In this document: positions 19,968-29,275 of the stretch, piece after piece
How positions within the stretch are numbered: position 1 is the stretch's first letter
Layout: the number at the start of each line of letters is the position of its first letter
From: Opitutaceae bacterium
GTDB lineage: Bacteria; Verrucomicrobiota; Verrucomicrobiia; Opitutales; Opitutaceae
Assembly (NCBI GenBank): GCA_041746615.1
Contig: JBGTGS010000271.1
Span: 1-63,364, forward strand
Length of the DNA stretch: 63,364 nt
Reading direction: 5' to 3'
The notes under the pieces: generated by a model
Seen by the model: the letters and a program-made list of their open reading frames with translations, nothing else
Database searches by the model: none
What the model was told of the DNA's origin: nothing
Translations under genes and position numbers: made by a program

Positions 19968-21506
19968 TCATTCCCACTCAATGGTGGCTGGCGGCTTCGA
20001 GCTGATGTCGAGGACCACCCGTGAAATCCCGCGGACTTCGTTGGTGATGCGAGTCGAGATGCGCTGAAGCAGGTCGTAGGGAACCCTAGACCAATCTGCC
20101 GTCATGGCATCGATGCTCTCAACCACACGGATCGCAATCACATACGCGTAGTTGCGCTCATCCCCGATGACACCCACTGACTTAACCGGCAGAAAAACGC
20201 AAAATGACTGCCATACCTTCCAGTATAGACCCGATTTCTTCATCTCGTCCTGCAGGATGAAGTCGGCGTTCCGCAGGATGTCCAGCCGGTCCGGGGTAAT
20301 CTCACCGATGACGCGGACCCCGAGGCCGGGACCCGGAAAGGGTTGACGCCATACCACCTCCTTGGGCAGGCTCAGGGCGGCACCGACGGCGCGAACCTCA
20401 TCCTTGAAGAGTTCGCGCAGGGGTTCGAGGAGCTTGAGCTTCATGCGCGCAGGCAGGCCACCCACATTGTGGTGGCTCTTGATCAACGCGGCGGGATTGT
20501 TGCCAATGGCGACACTTTCGATGACGTCAGGATAAAGGGTGCCTTGGGCAAGGTAGTCGGCATGTCCAATCGACTTGAGCGATTTCTCAAAGACCTCGAT
20601 GAAGGTCACCCCGATGATCTTGCGCTTACGCTCAGGGTCGGTGATCCCCTTTAACCGCCGGAGGAAGAGTTTCGATGCATCCACCACCCGGAGGTCGATC
20701 TTGAAGTTGCGGGCATAGAGCGATTCCACGGTCTCCCGCTCGCCCTTCCGCAGAAGACCATTGTCCACAAACACGCAGGTGAGCTGCCGGCCGATGGCCC
20801 GGTGAATGAGGGCGGCTGCCACCGAGGAGTCAACACCCCCGGACAGCCCCAGAATGACACGCGACTTCCCCACCCGCTCGCGAATGTCCTCCACCGCCCT
20901 CTTGATATAGTCCTTTGTGGTCCAATCCTGCTTCGCTCCACATATTCCAACCAGGAAATTGCGTATCACCTCGACTCCCTGCTCGGTGTGGAAGACCTCG
21001 GGGTGGAACTGAATCCCATAAAAATTGCGCTCGCGATCCTCGATGACGGCCAGCTCGGAATTGTCGGTAGTGCCGATGGCGGCAAAGCCCGGCGGCATCT
21101 TGATCAGGCGATCCCCATGGGAATTCCATACGCGGAGCCTGCGCGGCAGTCCGGCAAAAAGTCTCCCGGCGCGCCGTATCCGCAGCATCCCATGCCCGTA
21201 CTCACGGTGCTCGCTCTTGGCCACACGTCCCCCCAGTTGATGGCCCATGAGCTGCAGGCCATAACAGATTCCGAGCACCGGAATCCCAAGGGCGAACAGC
21301 TCGGGATCCGGCATAGGCGCACCTCGCGTAAAGACACTGCTGGGGCCGCCCGACAGGATTATTCCAATAACACCGTCGTCACGCAGCTGGGTCGCAGGCG
21401 CGGAGTGATGATAAATTCTCGAGTATACCTGGCACTCGCGGATGCGGCGTGCGATGACCTGCGTGTACTGGGATCCGAAATCGATGACGGCAATGGTCTG
21501 AGCCAT
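19968..21506 (-). CDS. guaA: GMP synthase (glutamine-hydrolysing)
   Basis: 512 aa; GATase domain (ICYGLQL, FHPEV), ATP-PPase motif [12 protein letters not shown], and C-terminal ...KPPATIEWE. Confidence 0.96.
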   Translation of the reverse strand: MAQTIAVIDFGSQYTQVIARRIRECQVYSRIYHHSAPATQLRDDGVIGIILSGGPSSVFTRGAPMPDPELFALGIPVLGICYGLQLMGHQLGGRVAKSEHREYGHGMLRIRRAGRLFAGLPRRLRVWNSHGDRLIKMPPGFAAIGTTDNSELAVIEDRERNFYGIQFHPEVFHTEQGVEVIRNFLVGICGAKQDWTTKDYIKRAVEDIRERVGKSRVILGLSGGVDSSVAAALIHRAIGRQLTCVFVDNGLLRKGERETVESLYARNFKIDLRVVDASKLFLRRLKGITDPERKRKIIGVTFIEVFEKSLKSIGHADYLAQGTLYPDVIESVAIGNNPAALIKSHHNVGGLPARMKLKLLEPLRELFKDEVRAVGAALSLPKEVVWRQPFPGPGLGVRVIGEITPDRLDILRNADFILQDEMKKSGLYWKVWQSFCVFLPVKSVGVIGDERNYAYVIAIRVVESIDAMTADWSRVPYDLLQRISTRITNEVRGISRVVLDISSKPPATIEWE

Positions 21507-21575
21507 AGGGGAAGAGAGCGGGCGACGGCCCGGGAATCAAGCGAGGAGACGGGAAAATTACAGACCAGGGGCGAC

Positions 21576-21803
21576 TCAGAATTTCAGGCGTCCGTTTTGA
21601 TGACCGCACTGCGGGCATCGTGCGGTGTCGACCGGTCCCGGCACGGCGTAGAGATGGTCGCAGCGGATGCAATGAAAGGTAGTCCGCCGGCGCTCGGCTT
21701 CGAACCGGGCATGATCCCGCCGGTCGTAATAGATCCAAAGCCCAAGAAACCCCGCAGCCAGGAGCAGGCAGTAGAGAACGACACCGATGGTGAGATCAAA
21801 CAC
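21576..21803 (-). CDS. small membrane-anchored zinc-ribbon protein (75 aa)
   Basis: N-terminal TM IGVVLYCLLLAAGFLGLWIYY followed by CIRC-x17-CPQC. It lies between the rplQ terminator and guaA on the same strand. Confidence 0.55.
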   Translation of the reverse strand: MFDLTIGVVLYCLLLAAGFLGLWIYYDRRDHARFEAERRRTTFHCIRCDHLYAVPGPVDTARCPQCGHQNGRLKF

Positions 21804-21868
21804 GGGATTTGTCTGGCGAACGGAGGCAGGAGCGGAGCAGGGAGTGCGGGTCCGGACCTATACTCGGC

Positions 21869-21902
21869 AAAAAAAGCGCCCCGGAGCAAGGTTCCGGGGC
21901 GC
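21869..21902 (-). terminator. Rho-independent terminator after rplQ
   Basis: Perfect 10-bp stem gcgccccgga/tccggggcgc (21876-21885 / 21893-21902) with a 7-nt loop. It is followed on the minus strand by U7 (A-run 21869-21875) and starts 31 nt downstream of the rplQ stop. Confidence 0.85.
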
Positions 21903-21933
21903 GCGTGGGCAAGGTTGGAGTGAAATCCGGGGA

Positions 21934-22470
21934 TCAGGCCTGCTTGCCGTCCCCGGCGGGTGCTTCGGGTGATGCGGAAGCCGCTGGCTCCGATGCAACC
22001 GGGTCGGCGGCCGGCTCATCCTTCTTCACAGACTTGCGGCCCTTGGTGGCGGCCTTCTTCTTCCGGGCCTTCTTGTAGCCGGGATCATCAGCCTTCACAA
22101 ATTCGATGAGGGCCATCTCGGCGGCGTCACCAAGACGTTGCGCACCCAGCTTGTAGATGCGGGTGTAGCCTCCGGGACGGGACACGAACTCCTTGACCTT
22201 CTCATCAAACAAGAGGGCGATGGCCTCCGGATTCCGCACGTCGCGGAGCGCCAGGCGGCGGAGATGGATGGCATCCTTCTTTTCGGTCTTGGCGGCAGCC
22301 TGCTTGGCCTTGGTCACCACCTTCTCGATGAAGGGTCGGAGCGCTTTCGCCTTGGTCAGGGTCGTCTTGATGCGACCGTGGGTTATAAGGGAGACAGAAA
22401 GGTTGGAGAGCATCGCAGCGCGATGTTCACGGGTGACGCCGAGGGAGGCGTGGTGTTTTTGATGACGCAT
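21934..22470 (-). CDS. rplQ: 50S ribosomal protein L17 (with a long basic/acidic C-terminal tail)
   Basis: MRHQKHHASLGVTREHRAAMLSNL...; positioned after rpoA. Confidence 0.95.
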   Translation of the reverse strand: MRHQKHHASLGVTREHRAAMLSNLSVSLITHGRIKTTLTKAKALRPFIEKVVTKAKQAAAKTEKKDAIHLRRLALRDVRNPEAIALLFDEKVKEFVSRPGGYTRIYKLGAQRLGDAAEMALIEFVKADDPGYKKARKKKAATKGRKSVKKDEPAADPVASEPAASASPEAPAGDGKQA

Positions 22471-22552
22471 TGGAGGGTTGGGTTAGGATTAGGGTTCCCG
22501 ATCGGCAATCCGGTCGCAGCGTGGGGCGACTGCGGACGGCGCGAGAACCGGT

Positions 22553-22575
22553 ACCGGCGCGCGGAGCGCGCCGGT
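22553..22575 (-). promoter_or_regulatory. GC hairpin immediately after the rpoA stop (intra-operon attenuator or RNA-stability element?)
   Basis: accggcgcgc gga gcgcgccggt forms a perfect 10-bp stem. There is no U-tract. Confidence 0.3.
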
Positions 22576-23577
22576 TCAGAGTTCCTTCTTGGTGTCGAGG
22601 AGGCGCTCGTCGAACTTCATGCCCAGTGAAAGGCCGAGGGCTTCGAGCTTATCCTTGATTTCGTTGAGTGATTTCTTGCCGAAGTTGCGATACTTGAGCA
22701 TCTCCTGCTCGGTCTTCATCGCCAGCTCACCCACGGTGGTGATGTTGGCATTGTTGAGGCAGTTCGCGGCGCGGACGGAAAGCTCGATCTCGTTTACCGA
22801 CATGTTGAGAAGCTTGCGGAGCTTGTTCTGCTCCTCGCTGACCTCGCTTTGCTGGCTCTCGAACTCGTAAGCCTCGTCACTGACGCGGTCGAAGACATCA
22901 AGATGGTGCTTGAGGATGGAGGCGGACTGTTTGAGGGCATCGTCGGGGGAGATGCGCCCATCCGTCCACACCTCGAGGATGAGTTTGTCGTAATCGGTGA
23001 TCTGGCCGACACGGGTGGCCTCGACCGCGTACTTGACGAGGCGGACCGGGGAAAAGAGCGAATCGATGGGGATGACCCCGATGGACTGCTCCTCCTTCTT
23101 GTTAAGCTCACCCGGGCAGTAACCGCGGCCGGTCTTGATCTCGATCTCCGCCTCGAACGTGCGGGACTTGTCGAGGGTGCAGATCAGCTGGTCCGGATTG
23201 ACGATGGTGATGTTGGAGTCGGGCTGGATGTCGGCGGCCGTTACCGTCCCGGCCCGGCTGACCTTGATGGACAGGTTGATCGCCTCGCGCTTGGTCGAGA
23301 TGATGAGAATCTTCTTCAGATTGAGCACGATGTCGGTGACATCCTCGACGACGCCGTCGATGCTCTGGAACTCATGATTGACCCCCTCGATCTTGACCGA
23401 GGAGATGGCGGCACCCTCGATGGAACTGAGCAGGACGCGGCGAAGGGAATTACCGATGGTGTGGCCGTAGCCGGCCTCGAAGGGCTCGGCAATGAACTTG
23501 CCGTAGGTTGGCGTGGAGCCTTCCTCGACCTTCGTGAGCTTGTTGGGGAGTTCGAACTTACCGAGGCGTTTGGGCAT
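22576..23577 (-). CDS. rpoA: DNA-directed RNA polymerase subunit alpha
   Basis: 333 aa; ...FIAEPFEAGYGHTIGNSLRRVLLSS... and the C-terminal domain ...ELSVRAANCL.... Confidence 0.97.
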   Translation of the reverse strand: MPKRLGKFELPNKLTKVEEGSTPTYGKFIAEPFEAGYGHTIGNSLRRVLLSSIEGAAISSVKIEGVNHEFQSIDGVVEDVTDIVLNLKKILIISTKREAINLSIKVSRAGTVTAADIQPDSNITIVNPDQLICTLDKSRTFEAEIEIKTGRGYCPGELNKKEEQSIGVIPIDSLFSPVRLVKYAVEATRVGQITDYDKLILEVWTDGRISPDDALKQSASILKHHLDVFDRVSDEAYEFESQQSEVSEEQNKLRKLLNMSVNEIELSVRAANCLNNANITTVGELAMKTEQEMLKYRNFGKKSLNEIKDKLEALGLSLGMKFDERLLDTKKEL

Positions 23578-23627
23578 GGTGGGCTCTGCGGGTTTGAGAT
23601 GTGATGGTTGGGAAGTGGGAGCGGCTC

Positions 23628-24239
23628 TTAGAAGCGCGAGTAGAACTCGACGATGAGCTGCTCATTGATGGCAGGCTCCATCTCCTCGCGGGTGGGCAGG
23701 CGATTGACCACGCCCTTGTACAGCTCGGCATTGAGCGAGAGCCATCCAGGCACGTTGCGCGCACGGCTTTCCTCGAGATTGCGCGTGGCGATCTGGCGGG
23801 AGGTGGGGGTGTTCTTGATTTCCACCTCGTCTCCGGTCTGGACGCTGTACGAGGCGATGTCGACCTTGCGCCCGTTCACGCGCACATGGCCGTGGTTGAC
23901 GAGCTGGCGGGCGGCGGCGCGGCTCTTGGCAAAGCCCAGGAGGTAAACGATGCTGTCGAGGCGGGTTTCGAGCAGCTGGAGAAACCGCTCGCCGGTGACG
24001 CCACGCTCACGCTTGGCCATCTCAAAGAGGCGGCGAAACTGACGCTCAAGCAACCCGTAGGTGTAGCGAAGTTTCTGCTTTTCGTTGAGGCCGATGGCGT
24101 ATTCGGAAAGTTTGCGGCGCAGGCGCGGGCCATGCTGCCCCGGCGGATACTGCCGCTTTTCGTAGGCCTTGGTGGCACCAAAAATCGGCTGATTGAAGCG
24201 CCGGCTGATGCGGGTGGTGGGTCCAATATAACGAGCCAT
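23628..24239 (-). CDS. rpsD: 30S ribosomal protein S4
   Basis: MARYIGPTTRISRRF...; 203 aa. Confidence 0.97.
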   Translation of the reverse strand: MARYIGPTTRISRRFNQPIFGATKAYEKRQYPPGQHGPRLRRKLSEYAIGLNEKQKLRYTYGLLERQFRRLFEMAKRERGVTGERFLQLLETRLDSIVYLLGFAKSRAAARQLVNHGHVRVNGRKVDIASYSVQTGDEVEIKNTPTSRQIATRNLEESRARNVPGWLSLNAELYKGVVNRLPTREEMEPAINEQLIVEFYSRF

Positions 24240-24294
24240 GATGGATTCCTAATTTAAAATTTGGGATTTGAAATCTGAGGTTCCGCAATATGCG

Positions 24295-24879
24295 TCAGAC
24301 GCGGCGGCGTTTGGGTGGGCGGCAACCGTTATGCGGAACCGGAGTGACGTCGATGATCGAGGTGATCTCAAGGCCGATGGCCTGGAGGGCACGGACCGCG
24401 CTGTCGCGTCCAAGACCGGGGCCCGAAATGCGGATGACCACATCCTTGAGACCGTGGGACATCGCGTTGCGGGCGGCATCCTGGGCCACGATCTGGGCGG
24501 CATAGGCGGTGGACTTGCGGGAACCGCGGAAGTTGCACTTGCCTGCGCTGGACCAGGAGATGACCTGACCTTTCTGATCGGTGATCGAAACGATGGTGTT
24601 GTTAAAGGAAGCCAGAATATTGGCGACGCCCGAGGTGATGTTTTTGGAGCCCTTGGCCTTGCGGACCTTGATGGCACCAATTTCCTCCTTGAGCAGGTCT
24701 TCGGCCGTTGGCTGCTTGGCCACACCGCCGACAAGTTCAACCGGCTTGGCAGGTGCCGCCGTCGGAGCAGCGGTGTCGTCCTTTGAAGCGGGGGCGGGAG
24801 CGCCTTTCGGCAGGTTTTCAGCAGAGGCAGAGGCTTTGGGAGCCTTTTCCTTCTTGGGAGCAGTCTTTTCTTCGGCCAT
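24295..24879 (-). CDS. rpsK: 30S ribosomal protein S11 (with ~65-aa N-terminal extension)
   Basis: The C-terminal ~130 aa are S11 ([18 protein letters not shown]...RKSTAYAAQ...[13 protein letters not shown]). The ATG lies 12 nt after the rpsM stop. Confidence 0.93.
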   Translation of the reverse strand: MAEEKTAPKKEKAPKASASAENLPKGAPAPASKDDTAAPTAAPAKPVELVGGVAKQPTAEDLLKEEIGAIKVRKAKGSKNITSGVANILASFNNTIVSITDQKGQVISWSSAGKCNFRGSRKSTAYAAQIVAQDAARNAMSHGLKDVVIRISGPGLGRDSAVRALQAIGLEITSIIDVTPVPHNGCRPPKRRRV

Positions 24880-24891
24880 GATGGGAAAGGG

Positions 24892-25269
24892 TTAGGCTTT
24901 TGCTTTGGTGACGCCAACGGTGCGGCGCGGGCCCTTGCGGGTGCGGGCGTTGGTGCTGGTGCGCTGACCGCGAACGGGCAGGCTGCGTCGATGGCGGATG
25001 CCGCGATAGCAACTGATGGCCTGGAGACGCTTCAGATTACCGGCAATCTCACGACGAAGATCGCCTTCGACCACCCACTTGTGCTCGGTAATGACCTGGA
25101 GAATCTTGTTAAGCTGCTCCTCATTGAGGTCCTGAGCACGCATGTCGGGATCAATGCCGGCTTCTTTGAGAACCTGGTCGGCGCGGGCGGGACCGACACC
25201 GTAAATGTAACGGAGGGAGTACGCGACTTTCTTTTTCGCGGGAATTTCAACACCAAGGAGACGTGGCAT
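24892..25269 (-). CDS. rpsM: 30S ribosomal protein S13
   Basis: [26 protein letters not shown]...; 125 aa. Confidence 0.97.
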   Translation of the reverse strand: MPRLLGVEIPAKKKVAYSLRYIYGVGPARADQVLKEAGIDPDMRAQDLNEEQLNKILQVITEHKWVVEGDLRREIAGNLKRLQAISCYRGIRHRRSLPVRGQRTSTNARTRKGPRRTVGVTKAKA

Positions 25270-25316
25270 GTGGGAACGAGTTCGAGTTTACAGTTAAGAT
25301 TGAATGGTTGGGAAAA

Positions 25317-26141
25317 TCAGGAGGCGGCGGAGCGGGCTCCAGCCGGGGAAAGGGCATGAATCGGACCGTCATGAGTCCGCGGGATGGTCAGAATCTCGGG
25401 ACCTTTGTCGGTGGTGAGCACGGTGTGTTCGAAGTGGGCGGAGGGGGACCCGTCGGCGCTGACGATGGTCCATCCATCGGCAAGGGTCCGGGTCCGGTAG
25501 GCTCCCAGATTAACCATGGGTTCAATGGCGAAGGTCATGCCGGGTTTGATAAGATCTCCGCGGCCTTTTTTGCCAAAATTCGGGATCTGTGGCTCCTCGT
25601 GCATGGACACCCCCACACCGTGGCCGACCATGTCGCGGATCACGCTGCACCCGTGGGATTCAACATGACTTTGGATAACATGGGCGATGTCACCTATGCG
25701 GTTGCCGACCTGGGCCTGCTCGATGCCGAGACGAAGGGCTTCCTCCGTGATCCGAACCAGCCGCTCCTTTTCGGGTGAGACGGGTCCCACCGGCATCGTG
25801 AGGGCATTGTCGCCAACGTAGCCATTGAAGGATACCACCACATCCAAGGAAACGATATCGCCGTCGTGAAGGACGCGCCGCAAGGAACCGATGCCGTGAA
25901 CCACCTCCTCGTTGACGGAGATGCAGGTCCAGGATGGATAGCGACGGGAACCGATCCGATAGTCATAGCAGGCACTGCGGGCGCCCAATTGCGTAATGAA
26001 CTCCTTGCCCGCCTGGTCCAAGTCGTAGGTCGTCACCCCTGGTCGAACGAGCTCCTTGAGCTGGTACAACACCGTGGCGGCGATCGCACAGGCCTCGCGC
26101 ATGCGCACAATCCCTTGCCGGTTCTTGATGGGTATTGCCAT
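25317..26141 (-). CDS. map: type I methionine aminopeptidase
   Basis: 274 aa; ...VVHGIGS...GDIVSLDV...GHGVG..HEEP...FAIEPMVN.... Confidence 0.94.
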   Translation of the reverse strand: MAIPIKNRQGIVRMREACAIAATVLYQLKELVRPGVTTYDLDQAGKEFITQLGARSACYDYRIGSRRYPSWTCISVNEEVVHGIGSLRRVLHDGDIVSLDVVVSFNGYVGDNALTMPVGPVSPEKERLVRITEEALRLGIEQAQVGNRIGDIAHVIQSHVESHGCSVIRDMVGHGVGVSMHEEPQIPNFGKKGRGDLIKPGMTFAIEPMVNLGAYRTRTLADGWTIVSADGSPSAHFEHTVLTTDKGPEILTIPRTHDGPIHALSPAGARSAAS

Positions 26142-26611
26142 CAGTTATTGAGAAAGGAATCCGCCTCGAGAAGGTCGAGGCCGAGGTTGTGATAATGATC
26201 GAGAATGGCTGCCGGCGCAGAGGCCGGATCAGAAACGAGGCCGGCGGTCAGTATTTCACCGCGGGCCTCCAACCACTCATCGAATACCTTGGCTTGGAGC
26301 AACGTAGCCGGGTAGTCCGCAAGGACAAAGCCCGCATCAGGTTTGCGCATCCAGAACCACCGGCGCATGAGCGCTAAAGTGGCCTGCTCCATCGCGGCCG
26401 GACCGGATGAAACCGCCTTGCCGGCCTGATGGCCGGAAGACTTGGGATGCGAAATCCCCGACCGCACCAGTTGGGTCGGAGAGACGTGCTCTAGATTCAA
26501 AGAACGGGCTCGGTCTGAAAGAGCGGGGCTCATGGGACCGAGGATCAGGAGTTTAACCTTTGCGGGGTCGCCGCAGGAGGAAAAGAGAGAGAACGTGGTC
26601 GGTGCCTCCAC
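26141..26611 (-). CDS. adenylate-kinase-like protein lacking the P-loop and LID (pseudo-enzyme or decaying adk)
   Basis: This is the part of ORF 26141..26851 downstream of the secY stop. The start is either GTG 26611 or ATG 26533. It reads ...KVKLLILGPMSPALSDRARSLNLEHVSPTQLVRS...GFVLADYPATLLQA...ILDHYHNLGLDLLEAD and occupies the canonical adk slot. Its stop overlaps the map start (TGATG). Confidence 0.6.
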   Translation of the reverse strand: MEAPTTFSLFSSCGDPAKVKLLILGPMSPALSDRARSLNLEHVSPTQLVRSGISHPKSSGHQAGKAVSSGPAAMEQATLALMRRWFWMRKPDAGFVLADYPATLLQAKVFDEWLEARGEILTAGLVSDPASAPAAILDHYHNLGLDLLEADSFLNN

Positions 26612-26624
26612 CGAAGTAAAGCCC

Positions 26625-28130
26625 TTAATTGGCTCCCCCAAATTCGCGCCAGAGCCAGATCGACAGACCCAGCAAAAGCATGCCTCCCATGAAAGCCGTG
26701 AGCTTGAGCACGGCATCAGAGCTGGCCGCATCACCCAAGGCGGACTGCTGGGTGGCGCTGCGTGCCCGGATGCGTCCCTTTTTAAGGAAACCGTCGTAGT
26801 GCCGTTGGAGGAGGAAGGTTTCAATCTGGCGCATTGTGTCCAAAATGACACCCACGGTGATCAACATGCCGGTGCCACCGAAGAAGATCGCAATCCGTGT
26901 CGGTACGTTCAGTTCGGCCATCAGGACGTCCGGGAAAACCGCAATCACGGTCAGGAAGATCGCACCCGCCAGCGTCAGCCGGGTCATGATGAAATCGAGG
27001 AACTGCGCCGTCGGTGATCCTGGGCGCACTCCCGGGATATAGCCGCCGTATTTCTTCAGATCATCCGCAATCTGGATGGGTTTGAACATCACGGAGACCC
27101 AGAAGTAGCTGAAGAAAAGGATCAGGGTTGCCATGCTGGCGTAGTACACCCAATTGCCGCGAACGAGGTTGTTCGAGAAGTCGACCAGGAACTTGAGATC
27201 AAAGGCCGCCCCTACCTGAGAAAAGATCTGCTGGGGAAAGAGCAGGATCGCACTGGCAAAGATGACGGGCATCACGCCGGAATAGTTGACCTTCAGGGGC
27301 AGGAAGGAACTTTGGCCACCCATGACCTTGTTGCCCACCACGCGTTTGGCGTACTGGACCGGGATCTTTCGTTGGGCCTGCACCACCATGATGATGCCCA
27401 TGGTCACGATCACGAACAGCGAGAGCATGACGATAGCCTGGGGCAGACCCAGACTCTGCACGCCCACGGGGGCAAAGAAGAGCTGGTAAGTGGCTGCAGC
27501 CGCGCCGGGAAGATCGGAGAGAATGCCAATCGTGATGAGCAGGGAGACACCATTGCCAATGCCGCGCTGGGTGATCTGCTCGCCCAGCCACATCAGGAGC
27601 ATGGTCCCGGCAGTCATGATGATGACCGAGGTGATCAGGAACAACATCTTGCTCACGATCACGATCTCACCGTACTGATTGACATCATATCCGGGAAAGA
27701 GGCGTCCGGGATTCTCAAGGGCCAGGATGAGCAAGGTTCCCTGAACCAGACAGATGAGCACCGTGGCATAACGCGTGTACTGGGTGAGCTTCTGCCGTCC
27801 CACATCACCCTCCTGCTGTAACCGGCTCAGGAAGGGAACCACCGCGGTCATCAACTGAAAAATGATGGATGCACTGATATACGGCATGATGCCCAGCGCC
27901 CCGATGGCTCCCTGGACGAGGGCGCCACCCGTGAACATATTGTACAGACCGACGAGCGCGCCACCGCCGGCTGCCGTCTGATCGGCGAAAAAGGCCTGCA
28001 GCGGCTTGGGATCAAGACCGGGCAGCGGGATGATCGCCGCCACCCGGGCAATGAAGAGCAATGACAGGGTGTAGAAGATGCGCTGGCGCAGCTCGGGAAT
28101 CTTCAGCGAGTTCGTGAAAGCAGAAAGCAT
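26625..28130 (-). CDS. secY: preprotein translocase subunit SecY (with C-terminal extension)
   Basis: 501 aa; ...GALGIMPYISASIIFQL...; the canonical C-terminus ...YDGFLKKGRIRAR is followed by ~43 extra residues. Confidence 0.96.
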   Translation of the reverse strand: MLSAFTNSLKIPELRQRIFYTLSLLFIARVAAIIPLPGLDPKPLQAFFADQTAAGGGALVGLYNMFTGGALVQGAIGALGIMPYISASIIFQLMTAVVPFLSRLQQEGDVGRQKLTQYTRYATVLICLVQGTLLILALENPGRLFPGYDVNQYGEIVIVSKMLFLITSVIIMTAGTMLLMWLGEQITQRGIGNGVSLLITIGILSDLPGAAAATYQLFFAPVGVQSLGLPQAIVMLSLFVIVTMGIIMVVQAQRKIPVQYAKRVVGNKVMGGQSSFLPLKVNYSGVMPVIFASAILLFPQQIFSQVGAAFDLKFLVDFSNNLVRGNWVYYASMATLILFFSYFWVSVMFKPIQIADDLKKYGGYIPGVRPGSPTAQFLDFIMTRLTLAGAIFLTVIAVFPDVLMAELNVPTRIAIFFGGTGMLITVGVILDTMRQIETFLLQRHYDGFLKKGRIRARSATQQSALGDAASSDAVLKLTAFMGGMLLLGLSIWLWREFGGAN

Positions 28131-28236
28131 CTTAATTTCGAATTACGGATTGCGGATTGCTGAATGCTGGCTTCGGAGGAGGCGCGGGAACGGGATGGGA
28201 TCAGTCCGCACTTACATTCCGAAATCAGCAACGACC

Positions 28237-28683
28237 TCAGGCAACGATGGCCTGGCCGCCGGCCTGCTCGATCTTGGCCTTGGCTGATTCCGAGAATTTG
28301 CTGGCGGTGATTTTGAGCGCACGGGTGAGCTCTCCGTCGCCGAGCACCTTGAGATAGGTCTCGTCCTTGCGGATAAGCCCGGCCTGGGCCAGCACGGCGG
28401 CATCCACCTCGGTGACCGAGTCTGGCAGACGGGAGAGGTCACCCAGATTGACGATCACAGGCTCGACCCGGAAGGCCGCCTGGTTGAAGCCGCGGTGAGG
28501 CAGCTTGCGGTAGAGGGGCATCTGGCCGCCTTCGAAACCGGGACGGATGCTGCCACCGGAGCGGGCAGTCTGACCCTTGCCACCGCGACCGGAGGTTTTG
28601 CCATGACCGCTGCCCTCGCCGCAGCCGACGCGCTTGCGACGGTGCACGGCACCTTCGACGTTCTTGAGTTCGTGTAGTTTCAT
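28237..28683 (-). CDS. rplO: 50S ribosomal protein L15
   Basis: MKLHELKNVEGAVHRRKRVGCGEGSGHGKTSGRGGKGQ... Confidence 0.96.
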   Translation of the reverse strand: MKLHELKNVEGAVHRRKRVGCGEGSGHGKTSGRGGKGQTARSGGSIRPGFEGGQMPLYRKLPHRGFNQAAFRVEPVIVNLGDLSRLPDSVTEVDAAVLAQAGLIRKDETYLKVLGDGELTRALKITASKFSESAKAKIEQAGGQAIVA

Positions 28684-28746
28684 GATGTTCCTGGTAGTGC
28701 GCCCCGGGCAACCAGTGCCGGCGGGACTCGGATGAAAAGATGAAAA

Positions 28747-29271
28747 TCAGGCGATCTTGCGCACGATCGCGATGTCCTCGGCCAGACGAAGCTGGCGGAG
28801 GGCTGCAAGCGTGGCCTGGACGACGGCGATGTGGTTCTTGGAACCCATCGACTTGGTCAGGATGTTCTTGACGCCGGCCGCCTCCAGCACGGCGCGGACA
28901 CCACCGCCGGCAATGAGACCGGTACCGGGTGAGGCCGGCCGCAGCAGCACGCGTCCGCCGTCATATTCGCCAAGGACATCATGGGGAATGGTGTCCCCCT
29001 TGAGCTTGACGTGCACCATGCGCTTGCGGGCATGCTCGGTGCCTTTCTTGATGGCATCAGGAACCTCATTGGCCTTGCCGAGGCCGACGCCGATGTTGCC
29101 CTTGCGGTCGCCGACAACGGCGAGAGCCGAGAAGCTGAAGCGACGGCCACCCTTGACGACCTTGGCGCAGCGGTTGATGAAGACGACCTTCTCGACCATC
29201 TCCGGCGCGCCGTCAGCCGGGGCGGAGTCACGGCGGTTGTCACGGCGGGAACTATAATTGGGTTGGCTCAT
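28747..29271 (-). CDS. rpsE: 30S ribosomal protein S5
   Basis: ORF 28747..29463 is over-extended into rplR. The start at Met 29271 gives [15 protein letters not shown]...[29 protein letters not shown].... Confidence 0.95.
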   Translation of the reverse strand: MSQPNYSSRRDNRRDSAPADGAPEMVEKVVFINRCAKVVKGGRRFSFSALAVVGDRKGNIGVGLGKANEVPDAIKKGTEHARKRMVHVKLKGDTIPHDVLGEYDGGRVLLRPASPGTGLIAGGGVRAVLEAAGVKNILTKSMGSKNHIAVVQATLAALRQLRLAEDIAIVRKIA

Positions 29272-29275
29272 GGGC

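Noticed and set aside
24249-24917. 222-aa minus-strand ORF overlapping rpsK in another frame.
   Set aside because: The S11 signature (ASFNNTIV..., [13 protein letters not shown]) is in the 24295..24879 frame. The alternative frame is a Pro/Arg/Ser-rich artefact.
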